Shown: positions 1 through 13,554, counted from the first letter of the stretch. The stretch: DNA of 64,000 nucleotides from Octopus bimaculoides (GCF_001194135.2 NC_068982.1:8781788-8845787), one strand, 5' to 3'. Numbers and translations: made by a program. Notes: a model not told the origin generated them from the sequence alone.

Positions 1-335
1 GATATGTCGTATATTATCTAATATTGATTTACTAATAATTCCTATTTCGCTTTTCGTGAGATTTATTACTCTACAGCTAGGATTTTTGCGTGAAGTTATT
101 CTTGTGGTCTCTCAGAGTTATAAAAGGATTATAAGTGGTGGGGTTTGTTTTCTTTTATGTCTTAGTTGTTGTCGGTTAATTTGTTGTTTGTTTGGTTGTT
201 TACTTCATAATTATTTTTTTGTTTTATCTGCTTTAATAAATATGTTCGTTGATGTTTTGAAATGATCGATGTATGTCTGTAATATGTGTTGGAACTTGGA
301 TTTTTGGTTGAATTTTACATTTCTAATTACGTTTA
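1..335 (-). mobile_element. Penelope-like retroelement, decayed RT N-terminal region
   Basis: Manual minus-strand translation with frameshifts gives FIKADKT, then PFITLRDHKNNFTQ/NPSCRVINLTKSEIGIISKSILDNI. This matches the ADKT and ITLKDHK..F...P.CRLINP.KS.IG.ISK.ILD motifs I recall from marine-invertebrate Penelope ORFs. Confidence 0.75.
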
Positions 336-351
336 TATGATTGTCTTTAAA

Positions 352-771
<420 letters not shown>

Positions 772-772
772 C

Positions 773-995
773 TTGTGTGTGCTTGCATTTGTGTTTTGTT
801 TGTCTCTCACCACCACTTGACAACCAGTCTTGGTTTGTTTATGTCTCCGTAACTTTGCGGCTGGTCATAAAATCCGACGAAAGAAATCCCAGACTTTTAA
901 AAAAGTAAGCACTGGTGTCGATTAGTTTGACTAAGCACTTCATGGTTGTGCCTCATCATGGCTGCAGTCCAATGACTAAAATGAGTAACAGATAA
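773..995 (+). mobile_element. SINE family B (CORE-type), 3' half
   Basis: Aligns by eye to the 3' half of the full copies at 19296-19690 and 62911-63276 (cttgacaacc...gtttatgtctccgtaactt...gcagtccaatgactaaaa). Confidence 0.75.
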
Positions 996-1180
996 ATGAT
1001 AAAGTATTTATTAGAAGTGCAGATTAATGCATCGGAAATTCACACTGGAAGATATTTAGCGTAAATGAACCAATACCAGACAATTTGTTCTCGGTGCATT
1101 TTTAGATATTTATTCAGTAACCTGAGGATTCTTCATTATTTTACCAAATATCTCAGAAAAAGAATGCATACAGGTCATAC

Positions 1181-1246
1181 TTTGCTGAATTTACACTCAA
1201 GGAAATCATTCTCACGTTTGCACACTGGGTGTGGCGAACAATATTC
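1181..1246 (-). CDS. Candidate 66-nt internal exon (EYCSPHPVCKRENDFLECKFSK), host gene unknown
   Basis: Acceptor ttttatcctacttttactctactcag, donor AAA|gtatga, open phase 0-0 frame with three Cys. No homology confirmed. Confidence 0.35.
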
Positions 1247-3184
1247 CTGAGTAGAGTAAAAGTAGGATAAAAGTATTAAATAAATGCTGGAGGAGTTGGT
1301 CACATATTTATTATAACTAATTTTTTAACATCATATTCACAAACAAAGACAATATGCTGGCTCTTAATATCAACTAAACTACATCAAAAACCTCTAGGGA
1401 ATATTTTCTCTCCACGCATCCTGCATGACAACGAATGTCTAGACAATGTCATCCTGCTCTTTTGGAATTTGATATCAACTAGATCTATTTGTCAATAGTA
1501 ACGGTTGCAACTTTGAGATTAGAAATTAATTATTTACTGCTAATCCTGGTAGCGGTTTCTTACTGTATTATATTGGAATAAGGCAATTAAGTATTGGCAG
1601 CGTAACCTATAAATAGAGTAATATTTATTTATTTCATTTGACCGGTTCTCATATAGTCGGCATTAAATCATGTCCTTTATATCTATATATACACTTTAGC
1701 ACATTTTACTAATTTTAAAATAGTCCTTAGTTAGAAAGAAACATCATTAGCTCCAATGTCTTGTTACATTGCTTACGTTCCACAAGTAATAGAAAATATT
1801 GATGTTTCTAATATTTGTGGAGATTTATGAAATATTTTTATTACATATATCTGAAAGACATCAATGGTATTGGCAGTAGTAAGGTTATATTTTGTTATTC
1901 AGTTTTCTCGAGTTTGTTTCTTGTTCATATATAAATATACATATATGTATATAGAGAGATTTTGAAGCGATGTACAGATATTGTATATTTTTCCTTCCCC
2001 AACCTACGAGGTCACTAAATACTAACACAACAAATCTGACCACACCAATACAAAAGCCACGCCTCTTTACCTCTCTCTCCTTCTCAAACCTTTTTTCTTC
2101 TATCTTATGCCTTTGCTTGGAAAATCTCACAATTGTTTATACATAAAAAGGCCAAGAAATCTAACTTAAAAACCACTTTTTGATAAATCCAATAACGGAA
2201 GAAAGCGCTGACAGTATAAATAAAAGTGCATATATATATATATANNNNNNNNNNNNNNNNNNNNNNNNNNNNNNNNNNNNNNNNNNNNNNNNNNNNNNNN
2301 NNNNNNNNNNNNNNNNNNNNNNNNNNNNNNNNNNNNNNNNNNNNNNNNNNNNNNNNNNNNNNNNNNNNNNNNNNNNNNNNNNNNNNNNNNNNATATATAT
2401 ATGTATATATATACACACACACATATATATATATATATAATTATCTAACATTCTCCTTAGATTATTATTCTAAATATACATATACGTATATACACATATA
2501 CATACACGTACGTGTATATGTCTGAATGTGTGACATTACAATTTGTCAAAACCGAAAATTGCATTTTTATTGAACGGCTGACACGCATTTTATCCACTCC
2601 ATTGTTAATCTTCCTTATCACTTGAAAAGTATTGTGAAATAGTGTCTGATCTGCATTTATTTGACATATAACCTAGGTAAAGATAATATATGCAGCGAAG
2701 AAATAAGAATAGATTGAATATATTCCCTGTATATTAGCTAATCATGATTTATTCATCTCGAATTAGATAAGAGACAATAGTTGTGAATTATGATGTTAGA
2801 TGTGCAAAGTATCAACCGTCGTTTATCTGTTCTGCCAATTTGTGGTTCTAGAGTAAATTCTAATATTTGCTTCGCGTAAATATGTGTTTTGTGAAGTAAG
2901 CTTGAACTTACCTTTTTAATATCAGTAACTAATTGATTTCGTATACTTTAATATAATGATATTGCTAAATAATGGCCCCCGTAAATAAGTAGAATACTAC
3001 CTTTCAGTTCCAAAGTACAATTCGTATGCTGGTAAGGAGATTGGTCAGTATTGCGATCTTCAGCTTCAGAGAAACACGAATAACATTATACAACAAGAGA
3101 AAACAGGTTTCTCATTTATTTTTCAACACATACACACACACACACACACACGCACACACACGTATAGACACAAATGTATATACA

Positions 3185-3231
<47 letters not shown>

Positions 3232-3320
3232 GTATGTATATATACATATATGTATATGTAAATATATATACACACACACACACGCGCATATATGTATACA
3301 TATATATAGATATACATACG

Positions 3321-3351
<31 letters not shown>

Positions 3352-3365
3352 GTATGTATATGCAA

Positions 3366-3422
<57 letters not shown>

Positions 3423-5541
3423 TAAAGTTTAGAAAATTATGGCCGACATTTGTTAACATTGTTCTTTAATTGAATCAATATTGAAGAAAGGACTGACTAC
3501 AATATATTTATTTTTTTAAATATTTGAAAGGGTAAAAATGTGTTGGCATAAAAAAGTAATTACAGGAAACGGTTGGAGCAAACCTGATTCTCAAGTATTT
3601 TGCTTTGAGAGAACGATTAATCTAAAAGATATTAAATCAGCTGCATTGTGCCAGCTTTTCACTTTAATAAAAGATTTCTATAAAATCCTACCATATGATC
3701 AAGAGAAAATTTTTTGGCAGAATTTAAATCTGAAATAGATAGTTAATGTGTCATCGTTTTATTCATCGTCTTGATATAAGATTGTTCCTTTGCGTATCTT
3801 CTTTAAAATCTATATTATAGACAATTTCTGTAAGTAGATATCAGAGACGATTTAAATATAAATTGGTTCGAAATGGATAAAGAAAGCTAAAAACTCTTAA
3901 TTTCCTGCAACCCAAAACGCTTTCGGCATCACCATCCCTATGGTTTAGATTTTTGTACTTTATATATGTTGCATTAAAAATCGATTAAACTCTCAATTTA
4001 CTTACATCCAGAAACCTAGATTAGGAATTGATATATTTGAACATGAGGTAAAAGAACTAGACCGACTAAGGATATCTTACGTTGGTATAGTATTATAACG
4101 TGTGACATCATGTCTCCTGACACAAATCTGATTTTATTGGATATTAATATCTGTAGTAATATTTAATATAACATGAGCCATTTTCGTTGATTTCTCTCCT
4201 CTAGATCTATTTCATTCGCTGGCAATTTGTGTACTATTTCAAATTGCTCCCATTATTATTTCTCTTTTTTTTTCAAATTGTAACGGAAAATGGACTCGGG
4301 GCTTGTAGTCAATACCTGGCGCCCTATTTAAGAGTGGTTACTTTATCTAAAACTAGAATATATAGGTCAATCATTGCTAGTAAGTTTTTTCTGAGTAAAA
4401 TACTGTAAGCATGAATATTTCTCAGTTCATGGTTCCATTTTAGCTCACTAGATGGCTTTGTAGATCTGTAAACATAAAATAGTATGGAAGAGACAAAGAC
4501 ACGGTTCTACATCGAATTTTATTACTATCCTATTCATGTCAGTGGCTAAAGGATTGAACCCCCCCCCCCACACACACACACAGAGTCTCCTGAAAGTCGA
4601 ACATGTACAATATTTTCCCCCCACAATGTTTTTGTATATTTTTCCAAACCATCAATAGTGTTAGCCATATGAAAAAATTCCTACAAATTACCTGATGGAT
4701 TTCTAGAGCAAGCATACTTTTATAATGATAATTTGAAAACGTTATCTTTTGATATTACTAGCTATTGACATGAAGACCTCATCACATTCTTGTATGTTAT
4801 TTCAAAGAGTATTCAAGCAATTTGTGTATCTAGAGTACCTGCCTTCTGTATTCAATAAATAATAACAAATGTCCATGCGAATACAACTATGTCATATAAT
4901 TTACTATGAATGCCTACGTTTAGTCTCTAAGCTAACATTTGTAACGCACTTAAAACTTACGTTTCATAAATTTTATTTTGGAAATGGATGCTATATATTC
5001 TATGTACACTTGACTCTACTTCGTTTTATAATTTTGNNNNNNNNNNNNNNNNNNNNNNNNNNNNNNNNNNNNNNNNNNNNNNNNNNNNNNNNNNNNNNNN
5101 NNNNNNNNNNNNNNNNNNNNNNNNNNNNNNNNNNNNNNNNNNNNNNNNNNNNNNNNNNNNNNNNNNNNNNNNNNNNNNNNNNNNNNNNNNNNNNNNNNNN
5201 NNNNNNNNNNNNNNNNNNNNNNNNNNNNNNNNNNNNNNNNNNNNNNNNNNNNNNNNNNNNNNNNNNNNNNNNNNNNNNNNNNNNNNNNNNNNNNNNNNNN
5301 NNNNNNNNNNNNNNNNNNNNNNNNNNNNNNNNNNNNNNNNNNNNNNNNNNNNNNNNNNNNNNNNNNNNNNNNNNNNNNNNNNNNNNNNNNNNNNNNNNNN
5401 NNNNNNNNNNNNNNNNNNNNNNNNNNNNNNNNNNNNNNNNNNNNNNNNNNNNNNNNNNNNNNNNNNNNNNNNNNNNNNNNNNNNNNNNNNNNNNNNNNNN
5501 NNNNNNNNNNNNNNNNNNNNNNNNNNNNNNNNNNNNNNNNN

Positions 5542-5574
<33 letters not shown>

Positions 5575-5578
<4 letters not shown>

Positions 5579-6540
5579 TGTCCTCAGAATCCATCCAGCC
5601 ACTCGCCTGCATAGTGTTGCCATCTTGGAAATATGTACATGGAATGTTGTATCATTGCTCAAGTGAACCCCCAGGTCACGCACCATATTACCTTCTGCTC
5701 CAGTGTATTCTGATTTTAACCTGGTGTTGGACCGATAGTGGAGTGCCTGAAATTTCATAGCATTGAACTGCATGTTATGTTTCGTAGCTCATTTGTATAT
5801 TTCATTCAGGTCTTTCTGCCGTTTTATAATTTCCTCTAGGTTCCTAAATGCCTGCCATACTCTTGTGGCGTCAGAATAACTGGTCAGACTGGCTGACAGT
5901 ACCACGGAATGTATGTTTGAGAGGGGCACTAGAAATAGTAGTGGCCCCACTATATTTCCCTGTGGGACTCCGCTGAGAATTGGTGTATATTCAGAGTGGG
6001 CACCATTGGCTTTAACTGTCTGAATCCTTCTCTTCAGAAAATCACACAGCCAGTCTCCCAGTAATACCAAGGTTTCGCAGCTTGTGACATATCATGCCTG
6101 GATCAACCTTGTCGAAGGCCTTGGCAAAGTCGAAGTATATCACGTCTACAGCTGACTGGTTTAACTTTTGTTTTAGTACCCGGTCAAAGTGCTGCAGCAG
6201 CTGTGTGAGGCAGCTGTTCCGTGGATGGAAGCCATGTTGCGAGTATGTGAGAATGTTGTTTTCTTTTAGGAACGTGATCAGCCTTTTTCTGACAATGAGT
6301 TCCATTGTCATGCTAACATGTGAGGTAAGAGAGATGGGCCTGTAGATTTTAGCATCTGCTCCGCACCCTCCCTCATGGACAGGGCATATTGTACTCTCTT
6401 TAGCATGTTGGGAAGTGTACTAGATGCAAGGAAACTCTGAAAGAGTACCTGCACTGGATTTACAAGAGCCTTTTTACATGTCTTTAAGAGAACAGCCTGG
6501 ATTCTATCTGGGTCTGTTGCTGACCACAAACTTGAAGGCA
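5575..6540 (-). mobile_element. CR1/L2-like LINE reverse transcriptase fragment (frameshifted)
   Basis: ORF pieces QHGFHPRNSCLTQLLQHFD, VDVIYFDFAKAFDKVD, SGVPQGNIVGPLLFLV, SYSDATRVWQ (decayed YADD) and VRDLGVHLS...GWILRT. Confidence 0.9.
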
Positions 6541-7020
6541 TTGAAATGGAAAGATCCTATGGGATTTTATGATTCAGTGCAACTATGAGATTGAGAATAA
6601 GAAGCCGGACGTTGTCTTAGTTGAGAAAGAAAACAAACTAAGCTGGATCATAGACATAGCACACCCAGCTGACAATATATGCGATAAGGAAGAAAGAAAA
6701 GTCGAGAGATATGATAGGTTAGCTTGGGAAGTTAAGCATTTGTGGTCGATGAAAATGGTAGCAATAGTACCAATGATTGTCGGAGCCCTGGGAACAGTTA
6801 GCAAAAATCTCGAGAAGTACGTGGAACAAATAGCGGCTGCCAGAAGGGTGGAATACTTGCAGAAAACAGCACTGCTTGGAACCACTCGAATACTCCGGAA
6901 GGGGCTCGAAAAATAAGAGGTGTTACTTTAGTTCATTGGTAGTGAACAGATGACACTGTTGTACATCTCCAGCGTTAGAAGCTGTGCAAAGGCAATAATA
7001 ATAATAATAACAACAACAAC
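6541..7020 (+). mobile_element. R4/Dong-like non-LTR retrotransposon, 5'-truncated 3' end (restriction-like endonuclease plus (AAT)/(AAC) tail)
   Basis: ORF 6569-6916: KKPDVVLV...IIDIAHPAD...KEERKVERY...VPMIVGALG...LQKTALLGTTRILRK, the PD-(D/E)xK RLE domain. Short 3' UTR, then aataataataataataacaacaacaac. Confidence 0.9.
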
Positions 7021-7180
7021 ATCGAAAAATACCTTAGGAATGAGAACCCAGCTTCTAAATTTCCCCAAGACACCTGGTGAAGGCTGGAGGGTATATCAGC
7101 CGAAACGTTATGTTAATAACAAACAAGATGAGGGCAAATATCCGTCGAATGTAAATAATGTAAATAATGTAAATAATGTA
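7021..7180 (+). mobile_element. Penelope-like terminal (pLTR) fragment with a degenerate hammerhead motif
   Basis: gacac-CTGGTGA-aggctg..cagcc-GAAAC-gtt-atgtt at 7069-7114 resembles the CTGATGA...CGAAACG signature of Penelope ends. Confidence 0.6.
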
Positions 7181-7409
7181 AAATATCTTCACTTACAAAG
7201 AATTTGAATAACGTACAGAATGCGAAATTAAAAAGAAAACAATTCAAGAGTAGATGTCAGAGAACAACATGGAAATGTAGAAGACACAAAATCAATGGTA
7301 ATTACTTGAGACTGATCATTTAACTTCATTATTGAAGAAACAGAACAAAGTCATAAGAAGACAATTAGATCTAAATATATTCAAATTATCAAAATTGTAG
7401 CTGAAATGG

Positions 7410-7620
7410 TTTCAAATTCTGGTATAAGGCGGGCAAGGTCGGCGCAACAGTCTAGTTGATTACATCAATGCCAGTGCTCAAATGTCACTTAATGTATCAA
7501 GCTAGAAATGATGAAAGGTAAAGTCGACTTCGGTGGAATTTGAACCCAGAACATAAAGACGGACGGAATACTGCAAAGCATATTTCCCGGCGTGCTAACG
7601 ATTCAGCCAGTCACCTCCCT
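7410..7620 (-). mobile_element. SINE family A (tRNA-derived; central domain resembles the MetaSINE domain)
   Basis: Reverse complement of the recurring ggcagaaacgttagcacgcc...gagttcaaattccgccgaggtcgactttgcctttcatc consensus, seen more than 10 times in the window. Confidence 0.8.
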
Positions 7621-7724
7621 AATGCAGATTAAAATGATAAAGATTGAAAAAAATACTTTGTATTCAGAAGAAAATTTACACCATTATTTTATGAGCCAAG
7701 GAGTATTGTTTGAAAATATGTTGT

Positions 7725-7926
7725 TTTTTCCTTCGTGTAATGCCGGGTTCATGTGGGCCGGTTTCCCGGTTTCGGTGGCGTATAAGTTCCCCACCTGGGT
7801 GGACTGGAGCAACAGGAAATGAAGTGTTTTTCTCAAGAACTCAACGCATCGCCTCGTCCAAGAATCGAAACCACAATCTTACGATCATGAGTCCAACGCC
7901 CTAACCACTAAGCCACGCCCCTCCAC
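7725..7926 (-). mobile_element. tRNA-derived SINE (distinct head)
   Basis: Minus strand gtggaggggcgtggcttagtggttagggcgttggactcatgatcg...ggtttcgattc carries Pol III A and B boxes. The body motif gttgctccagtccac is shared with 46750-46764. Confidence 0.75.
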
Positions 7927-8046
7927 GTTTGAAAATATAGTACTACTAATTCATTTTCCCCCGAGTATCTATCTTAGGGCAACTTCCTGGTTTAATGAAC
8001 AAGCTCAAAGAATTTTAATTAGGATTTTGATAGAAGGAAGTTCTAC

Positions 8047-8206
8047 CTTGCATCAAAATGCTTCAAATTAGAGATATAATTTGATAACGTCAGTACATTT
8101 CCTCCACTATCTTCTCTGAAAGTAGAAGAACGATTGATGTAAAGTTCTTTGAATCTTCCGCCCAGTTTATCGCTATTAAATGCCTCTACATCGAGAGAGA
8201 CATTCG
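8047..8206 (-). CDS. Candidate 160-nt internal exon (ANVSLDVEAFNSDKLGGRFKELYINRSSTFREDSGGNVLTLSNYISNLKHFDAR)
   Basis: Acceptor cctccatattttag, donor AG|gtagaa, phase 1-2, 52 open codons with ordinary amino-acid composition in non-repetitive DNA. Confidence 0.45.
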
Positions 8207-9226
8207 CTAAAATATGGAGGATCATGCGGCAATAAGATTAAATAAATCAACACTCGTCGATTACGCTTTCTGATTATCATTTTATTAGGAGACACTATTA
8301 GTGTACTCCTGGACATATTTACAGCCCATTTTGAGGTACAGTGTAAGCTAAAAACTTCCCACCAATTGGTAATAATATCCTGTCATTTTCTTCATAATCC
8401 CTTGGTTAATTTCTTGGTCAGTCACTCGAATCAGGTTTTCTTATTGTGGCTCCTGTAACATCTATTCTTTTCTCTAATCGTCGTTCATATTGTGCCTTCT
8501 TTCTTGATTAACAATTCCTAATCATTATTAAATTAACTCCCGCTTTACCTTTCATCATACGACACCAATAAGCTCCATTTCGCGATTTAATTTCATGCCT
8601 TTAACCCAAGTTAATAACTCACTTTGTACTAAATACCCTCTTTATTCCTAATTACTATTTGTTCCCTTTGCACTTTCTTCAGTCTATTGTTTATTATCTC
8701 AGCTTCTCTCGATTCAAATCTCGCTGTTGCCCTCTAAGATCATACTCCGCCGTAACACACCAAATTCTCTTTCACTAATAAGTTAAATTAAAATGCACTT
8801 GATATTATGTAATTGGTAGCATCCGTATCTAGAAAATACTGTTACACAGTTATTACAAAGAAGATTATTTAGATATAGATATCTGGAAAACCCTCGTATC
8901 GATGATAATACGTTGCACACATTATACCAAGTATTTATGAATACAATTATTAACATACAAATGATTACAAAACTCCATATGCTGGACATACAATTACATT
9001 TCACGAAAATAGTTATCACTATTCAGATATTTGGATAGCTCCGAGGCAATGACCTACCGTTACATTTTAAAACGGAAGTTAGGAACACAGTTATTAATAT
9101 ATACTTAATAGAATAGATAGACGTTCGATCGTCATGACAATGGGTTGCTCTAGGCCTCATGCGCTAGAATTGTCGGCTAAATAGTAAGAAAGATACCGAA
9201 AGTCAAACAAGCGCTATTGGTACATG

Positions 9227-9286
<60 letters not shown>

Positions 9287-10063
9287 CATATATATANNNN
9301 NNNNNNNNNNNNNNNNNNNNNNNNNNNNNNNNNNNNNNNNNNNNNNNNNNNNNNNNNNNNNNNNNNNNNNNNNNNNNNNNNNNNNNNNNNNNNNNNNNNN
9401 NNNNNNNNNNNNNNNNNNNNNNNNNNNNNNNNNNNNNNNNNNNNNNNNNNNNNNNNNNNNNNNNNNNNNNNNNNNNNNNNNNNNNNNNNNNNNNNNNNNN
9501 NNNNNNNNNNNNNNNNNNNNNNNNNNNNNNNNNNNNNNNNNNNNNNNNNNNNNNNNNNNNNNNNNNNNNNNNNNNNNNNNNNNNNNNNNNNNNNNNNNNN
9601 NNNNNNNNNNNNNNNNNNNNNNNNNNNNNNNNNNNNNNNNNNNNNNNNNNNNNNNNNNNNNNNNNNNNNNNNNNNNNNNNNNNNNNNNNNNNNNNNNNNN
9701 NNNNNNNNNNNNNNNNNNNNNNNNNNNNNNNNNNNNTATATATATATATATATCTGCAGTAGCATTCGCTTGAATATCTCTCTCTCTTTCTTTCACACAA
9801 ACATTTTAGCATTCTCTTTTCTCGACATGAAATTTATTTAAACCACAGGAATCTATCATTAGCATTTTAACATAATACAAAAAAAAAAAAACTCTATTAT
9901 TAAATTTACTCAGTGATTAATCAATCCAAGCTCAATATAACAGCTGTAACGCTAGATATTTCCTGATGGCTTGCTATTTTAGTTTTTATATATATATTTA
10001 ATAGTTATATCTATTTTATATATTTTGTATATAATGTCGTATCAAATAATTTTCACCATACAT

Positions 10064-10225
10064 ACATTGATCCCTCGTCTATCGACGTTCCACCCTGCCC
10101 CTGTGAAGTAGTAACAGTACTGTATATATTATCATTTTTATAAATAGTATATATATATTTTATTATAAATGCAAGACAACACCACAGAGGAATCGACGTA
10201 GCCTTAAATAATAAATCACGATAGG
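10064..10225. mobile_element. Degenerate pogo/Tigger-like MITE, same family as 21410-21641, truncated
   Basis: tacattgatccctcgtctatcg start and aaatgcaagacaacaccacagaggaatcgacgtagccttaaataataaatc match the 21.4-kb copy. Confidence 0.55.
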
Positions 10226-10575
10226 TAATGTTTTTTGTCGCGTTTGTTTATTTGTTTGTTTGTCCGTGGACGAGCTATCTCAAGAACCGCTAAATGGATT
10301 CGGATGAAACTTTGAGAGATGTTTGGCCTTGTGACTGGCACGAACCGGTAAGATTTTGGGATCGATCCGATACAGGACAAGGATTCTGGATTATTTTTCC
10401 TGTTTGTTCACTTAAGGTTTGAGTGCGGTCGCGTTCACTTTTAGTATTGTCGTTTGTGAGAGCAGTCGAGTTTGATTCAGATATTCTTATTTTAAAATTC
10501 ATCCCTGGCTAACCGTTGGGAGGACGTTGGTGTTGCCTTGGCGGAGTTTTACTCTCTCTGAGTGCTCCTGATGTT
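10226..10575 (+). mobile_element. Helentron-associated non-autonomous element (HINE/DINE-1-like)
   Basis: ggtaatgttttttgtcgcgtttgtttatttgtttgtttgtcc...ggattcggatgaaact... ending gccttggcggagtttactctctctgagtgctcct; this is the architecture I recall for HINEs (subterminal ccttggcggag). Confidence 0.65.
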
Positions 10576-10689
10576 TATCATTTTAGTTTGATATCTTTAT
10601 ATATGTTCTAATCTGTCACGACCATTATAGGCACCCGAAACTATAAAACTGATGCCGTTTGTGTTCCATTTGAAATATTGGTTATTAAC

Positions 10690-11300
10690 ACTAGTGGAAA
10701 ACTTACGGAGAGGTATGTCATCTCAACTGGCGGATTGTCCCGGCATAAAGGATTTGGAATAGCAGTCAAATCGCGAAAATGGTGTTTAGAAAAACGAAGA
10801 ACGACACGAGGTCGATAGAGAATGGATCGGGGTCCTGATTAGTGGAAGTACGAATTGACTATGTGCTACATGTAAAGCCTGTTATAGTAGCGATAGAAAA
10901 TGCATTGTTGACACAGAATACATTTTTCTGTCAGTTCTGGTCTACCAATCACCCGAGTGGCTCTTCTCCGGATGCGATGAAGAATGTTAGCACGTATGGC
11001 AACCGCACATCCCAGATATCGGTTTAGTACACCATTGTGGGCCTCACATGGGCCTTGTAGAATGCCAGCTGCTGTTGCAGACTGAAATGTCTTCTGGCAC
11101 TAAAACGAGCTAATCATTGGGACATTGCTTTAGCCATGCTAAAAATTTACTTTCATCAGGGGAGACCCCCGTTAGAGCGAGACCCAATATTTAGACAGAT
11201 CGTGAGATCCCCAGAAGAGAGCCACTGTTGTGTATTTATGGTGTTAAAAGAAACAAGGGCGGAAGTTCCAGAAGAAGATACTCTCAACTTCTCCGGTTAA
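10690..11300 (-). mobile_element. Jockey/CR1-group LINE RT C-terminal fragment, heavily decayed
   Basis: Manual translation RRHFSLQQQLAFYKAHVRPTMVY*TDIW, then frameshifted HRIRRRATRVIG and FYRYYN, matching the LYK..VRP.LEY.S.IW thumb region. Confidence 0.7.
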
Positions 11301-11689
11301 ATCAATTCAATTCAAATTACGGTGAATTTTAACCCATTTGTTCCGAGAATAACTTCTTATTCATGATTTTGCCGAAACTTTGTTTAAGAGTTATTTTAAA
11401 TACCAGTTACATTGATTTGAAGCCAGAAATGTAAAATTCAAAATACATTCTTAAATAAACCCAGGTTCCATATGACACCGCTAGGATAATAAGGGTACAA
11501 AAATACAACTGTAATAATTTCTTCCTTTTTATTCTGTAATCGAATGTATAATATTTCCTCTTTTATAGCAGTGAAAATATCGAAAAGAAAAAAAGCAATA
11601 TGATACATTTTATGGTAATTATTGGAAACAAATGCTCCTTTATCATATATTTCATATATTATTATATTATGAGTTAGTCACGACAGTAA

Positions 11690-13490
11690 CAGATTCTTTT
11701 TGTGATAATCTGCAAAACACGAGATACATAATCTCACATCGCATTTTCAGATTCAGCTCGAGTCTGTGATTTAAAAAAATCTCCTTGACATTTGCATCGC
11801 TTGTTCCCAGCTTCTGGTCGCACATAATGTTCAGAACCATCGTATCGCATATCAGAATCTCCTGGATATAATTTCCTTTGTTGCCTGAACTTTTTGGCTG
11901 AACCCAAAATCTTCGCAAGAATCACATGGCAACTGCTCTTCTGAAGTCCAGTTGATCTAATGCAGAAACCTTTCCTCGTGCTAAAATCCAAGCATTTTGA
12001 GTGGAGACATCTACAGTGAAAAAAACTGCACCACCATTTTCCCCGTGTATGCCAATGCGATACGCGTTGATGTTTTGGTCAATGTGACCGGTCCCTCCCA
12101 CATTCTTATTGTAATTATAAACTGCTTGAGTAACCGGTACTTCTATGTGTTTTGACTTCTCCTAATACCAGCTTTGTTAACGGTGTTTCCCATGAATGGT
12201 GGATCCCACTGTAACAACAGCACTATCCTTCCATGTGTTGATTTCTATATCATTGGATTCCAGGACTCCGGTGACACTCTCTGAAGAGCCTCGTTCATTT
12301 TTTTTTTATCTAAACAGCGTACAGAGAAAATAGGGCACGAAGCACCTAATCTGTTTGCTCTCAAAGTACTTGTACCATTGTATCCCAAAGTTTTAAGATG
12401 ATTTAGAAGTGGCACTGATATGCACAAGTTATCAAAATATACAAGATAAGGAAGGTGTTTTTTTCTTAACACTATAGGAATCCAGTAACTGAAGTACTGT
12501 TGGTGAACACTTTCCGGAAGTCGATTCTAATTCTACATTTCCGAAGTGGGTCTTCCCTTGATAGGGATCAATGGCTATTAGATATCGTGCGGACGAATTT
12601 TGACACTACATTTTGTAACCGAATCTTATAGGTTTATTGCGAATAGATTGCTTGCAACTATGCTTGGAAAAATATTCCACTATTGCTTCATCATGTGAAA
12701 AACTTGGTGCTGGAACAAAATGTTCCATAAATTTCTTTTGTAAATGAGATATGAGTGGTCACAGATTTGCAAATTTATCACTTTTATTGATATTATCTGC
12801 TGCATTGGAGTGAAGACAACACATTATAGCATCAAGCCGGTCGCGTCTCAGGGCATTACTGATAACTTCATTGAACGTATCCGTTGTATGTGACGAATAC
12901 ATATGACGATGGGGTAATTGATTATATCCTGCCACTATGAAAATTGCAAGGAACACTTTGAATTCATTCAAGGATATATTTATATCAGTCCAATTCTGTT
13001 TCAAGCAGTATTTTGTCATTTTTTGCATTGAGTACTCAATTATATCATCGTCATAAAGTAGCTCAAATAATACCACTTCATTAAAATCCCTGTATTTTGA
13101 ATAGTTAGGCTCAGGAAAACTGAAGGGCATCACTTGTGTTTCGGCCTTTTACCAAGTAATTTTGGCATGTTTTCTTCTGTTTCCCATACCTGAAGCCTGT
13201 CCAGCTTCCGTAGAACTTTCCGCGTCACTTCGTTAACTTTTGTTTTCCTACTTAGTGATTGTCATTGTGCTGGAGCGCATAGTTGGTTTCCTGGGAGATG
13301 ATGGGTGTGTTGAACGGTGTCAGCTTTATCTTCTTTCCCCGAACCCTCATCTGTCAGGTCAGTAATCTCAGCAGATTCAATGAAAATATCAAGAGGGCCG
13401 TCATCCACCTGTTCGATAAAACTCAAAATTTCATTCAAAGACAGTTCACGTTTCCTGTAAAAAAGACACAATAGTTGAACACTAGAAACT
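11690..13490 (-). pseudogene. piggyBac (PGBD2/3-like) transposase pseudogene
   Basis: Fragments DIFIESAEITDLTDEGSGKED, FELLYDDDII...EFKVFLAIFIVAGY..LP...RRDR...DKFA, HDEAIVEYF..H.CKQ.IRNKPIRFGYK, YFDNL..SVPLL..L...GY.GT.TLRANR, and a C-terminal Cys-rich remnant. Multiple stops and frameshifts. Confidence 0.9.
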
Positions 13491-13554
13491 TTAGCACTCG
13501 GAACTTGCAGACCTCCGCCAAGCAGCATGCCTCTCTCCACCCTACTATTTTGAT

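Noticed and set aside
4869-5773. ORFs of 180-265 aa containing X runs (also at 2.1, 9.2, 36.9, 39.8 and 48.5 kb)
   Set aside because: Artefacts of reading through N gaps.
7861-7926. tRNA genes (also at 20630-20700 and 47095-47153)
   Set aside because: A and B boxes are present, but no complete cloverleaf forms and the sequence continues into SINE bodies. These are SINE heads.
8240-9060. Strand-skewed, coding-looking segments (e.g. plus-strand HPYLENTVTQLLQRRLFRY...) suggesting a viral insert
   Set aside because: Many stops in all frames and no recognisable motif. A 70-codon open stretch is expected by chance in 64 kb.
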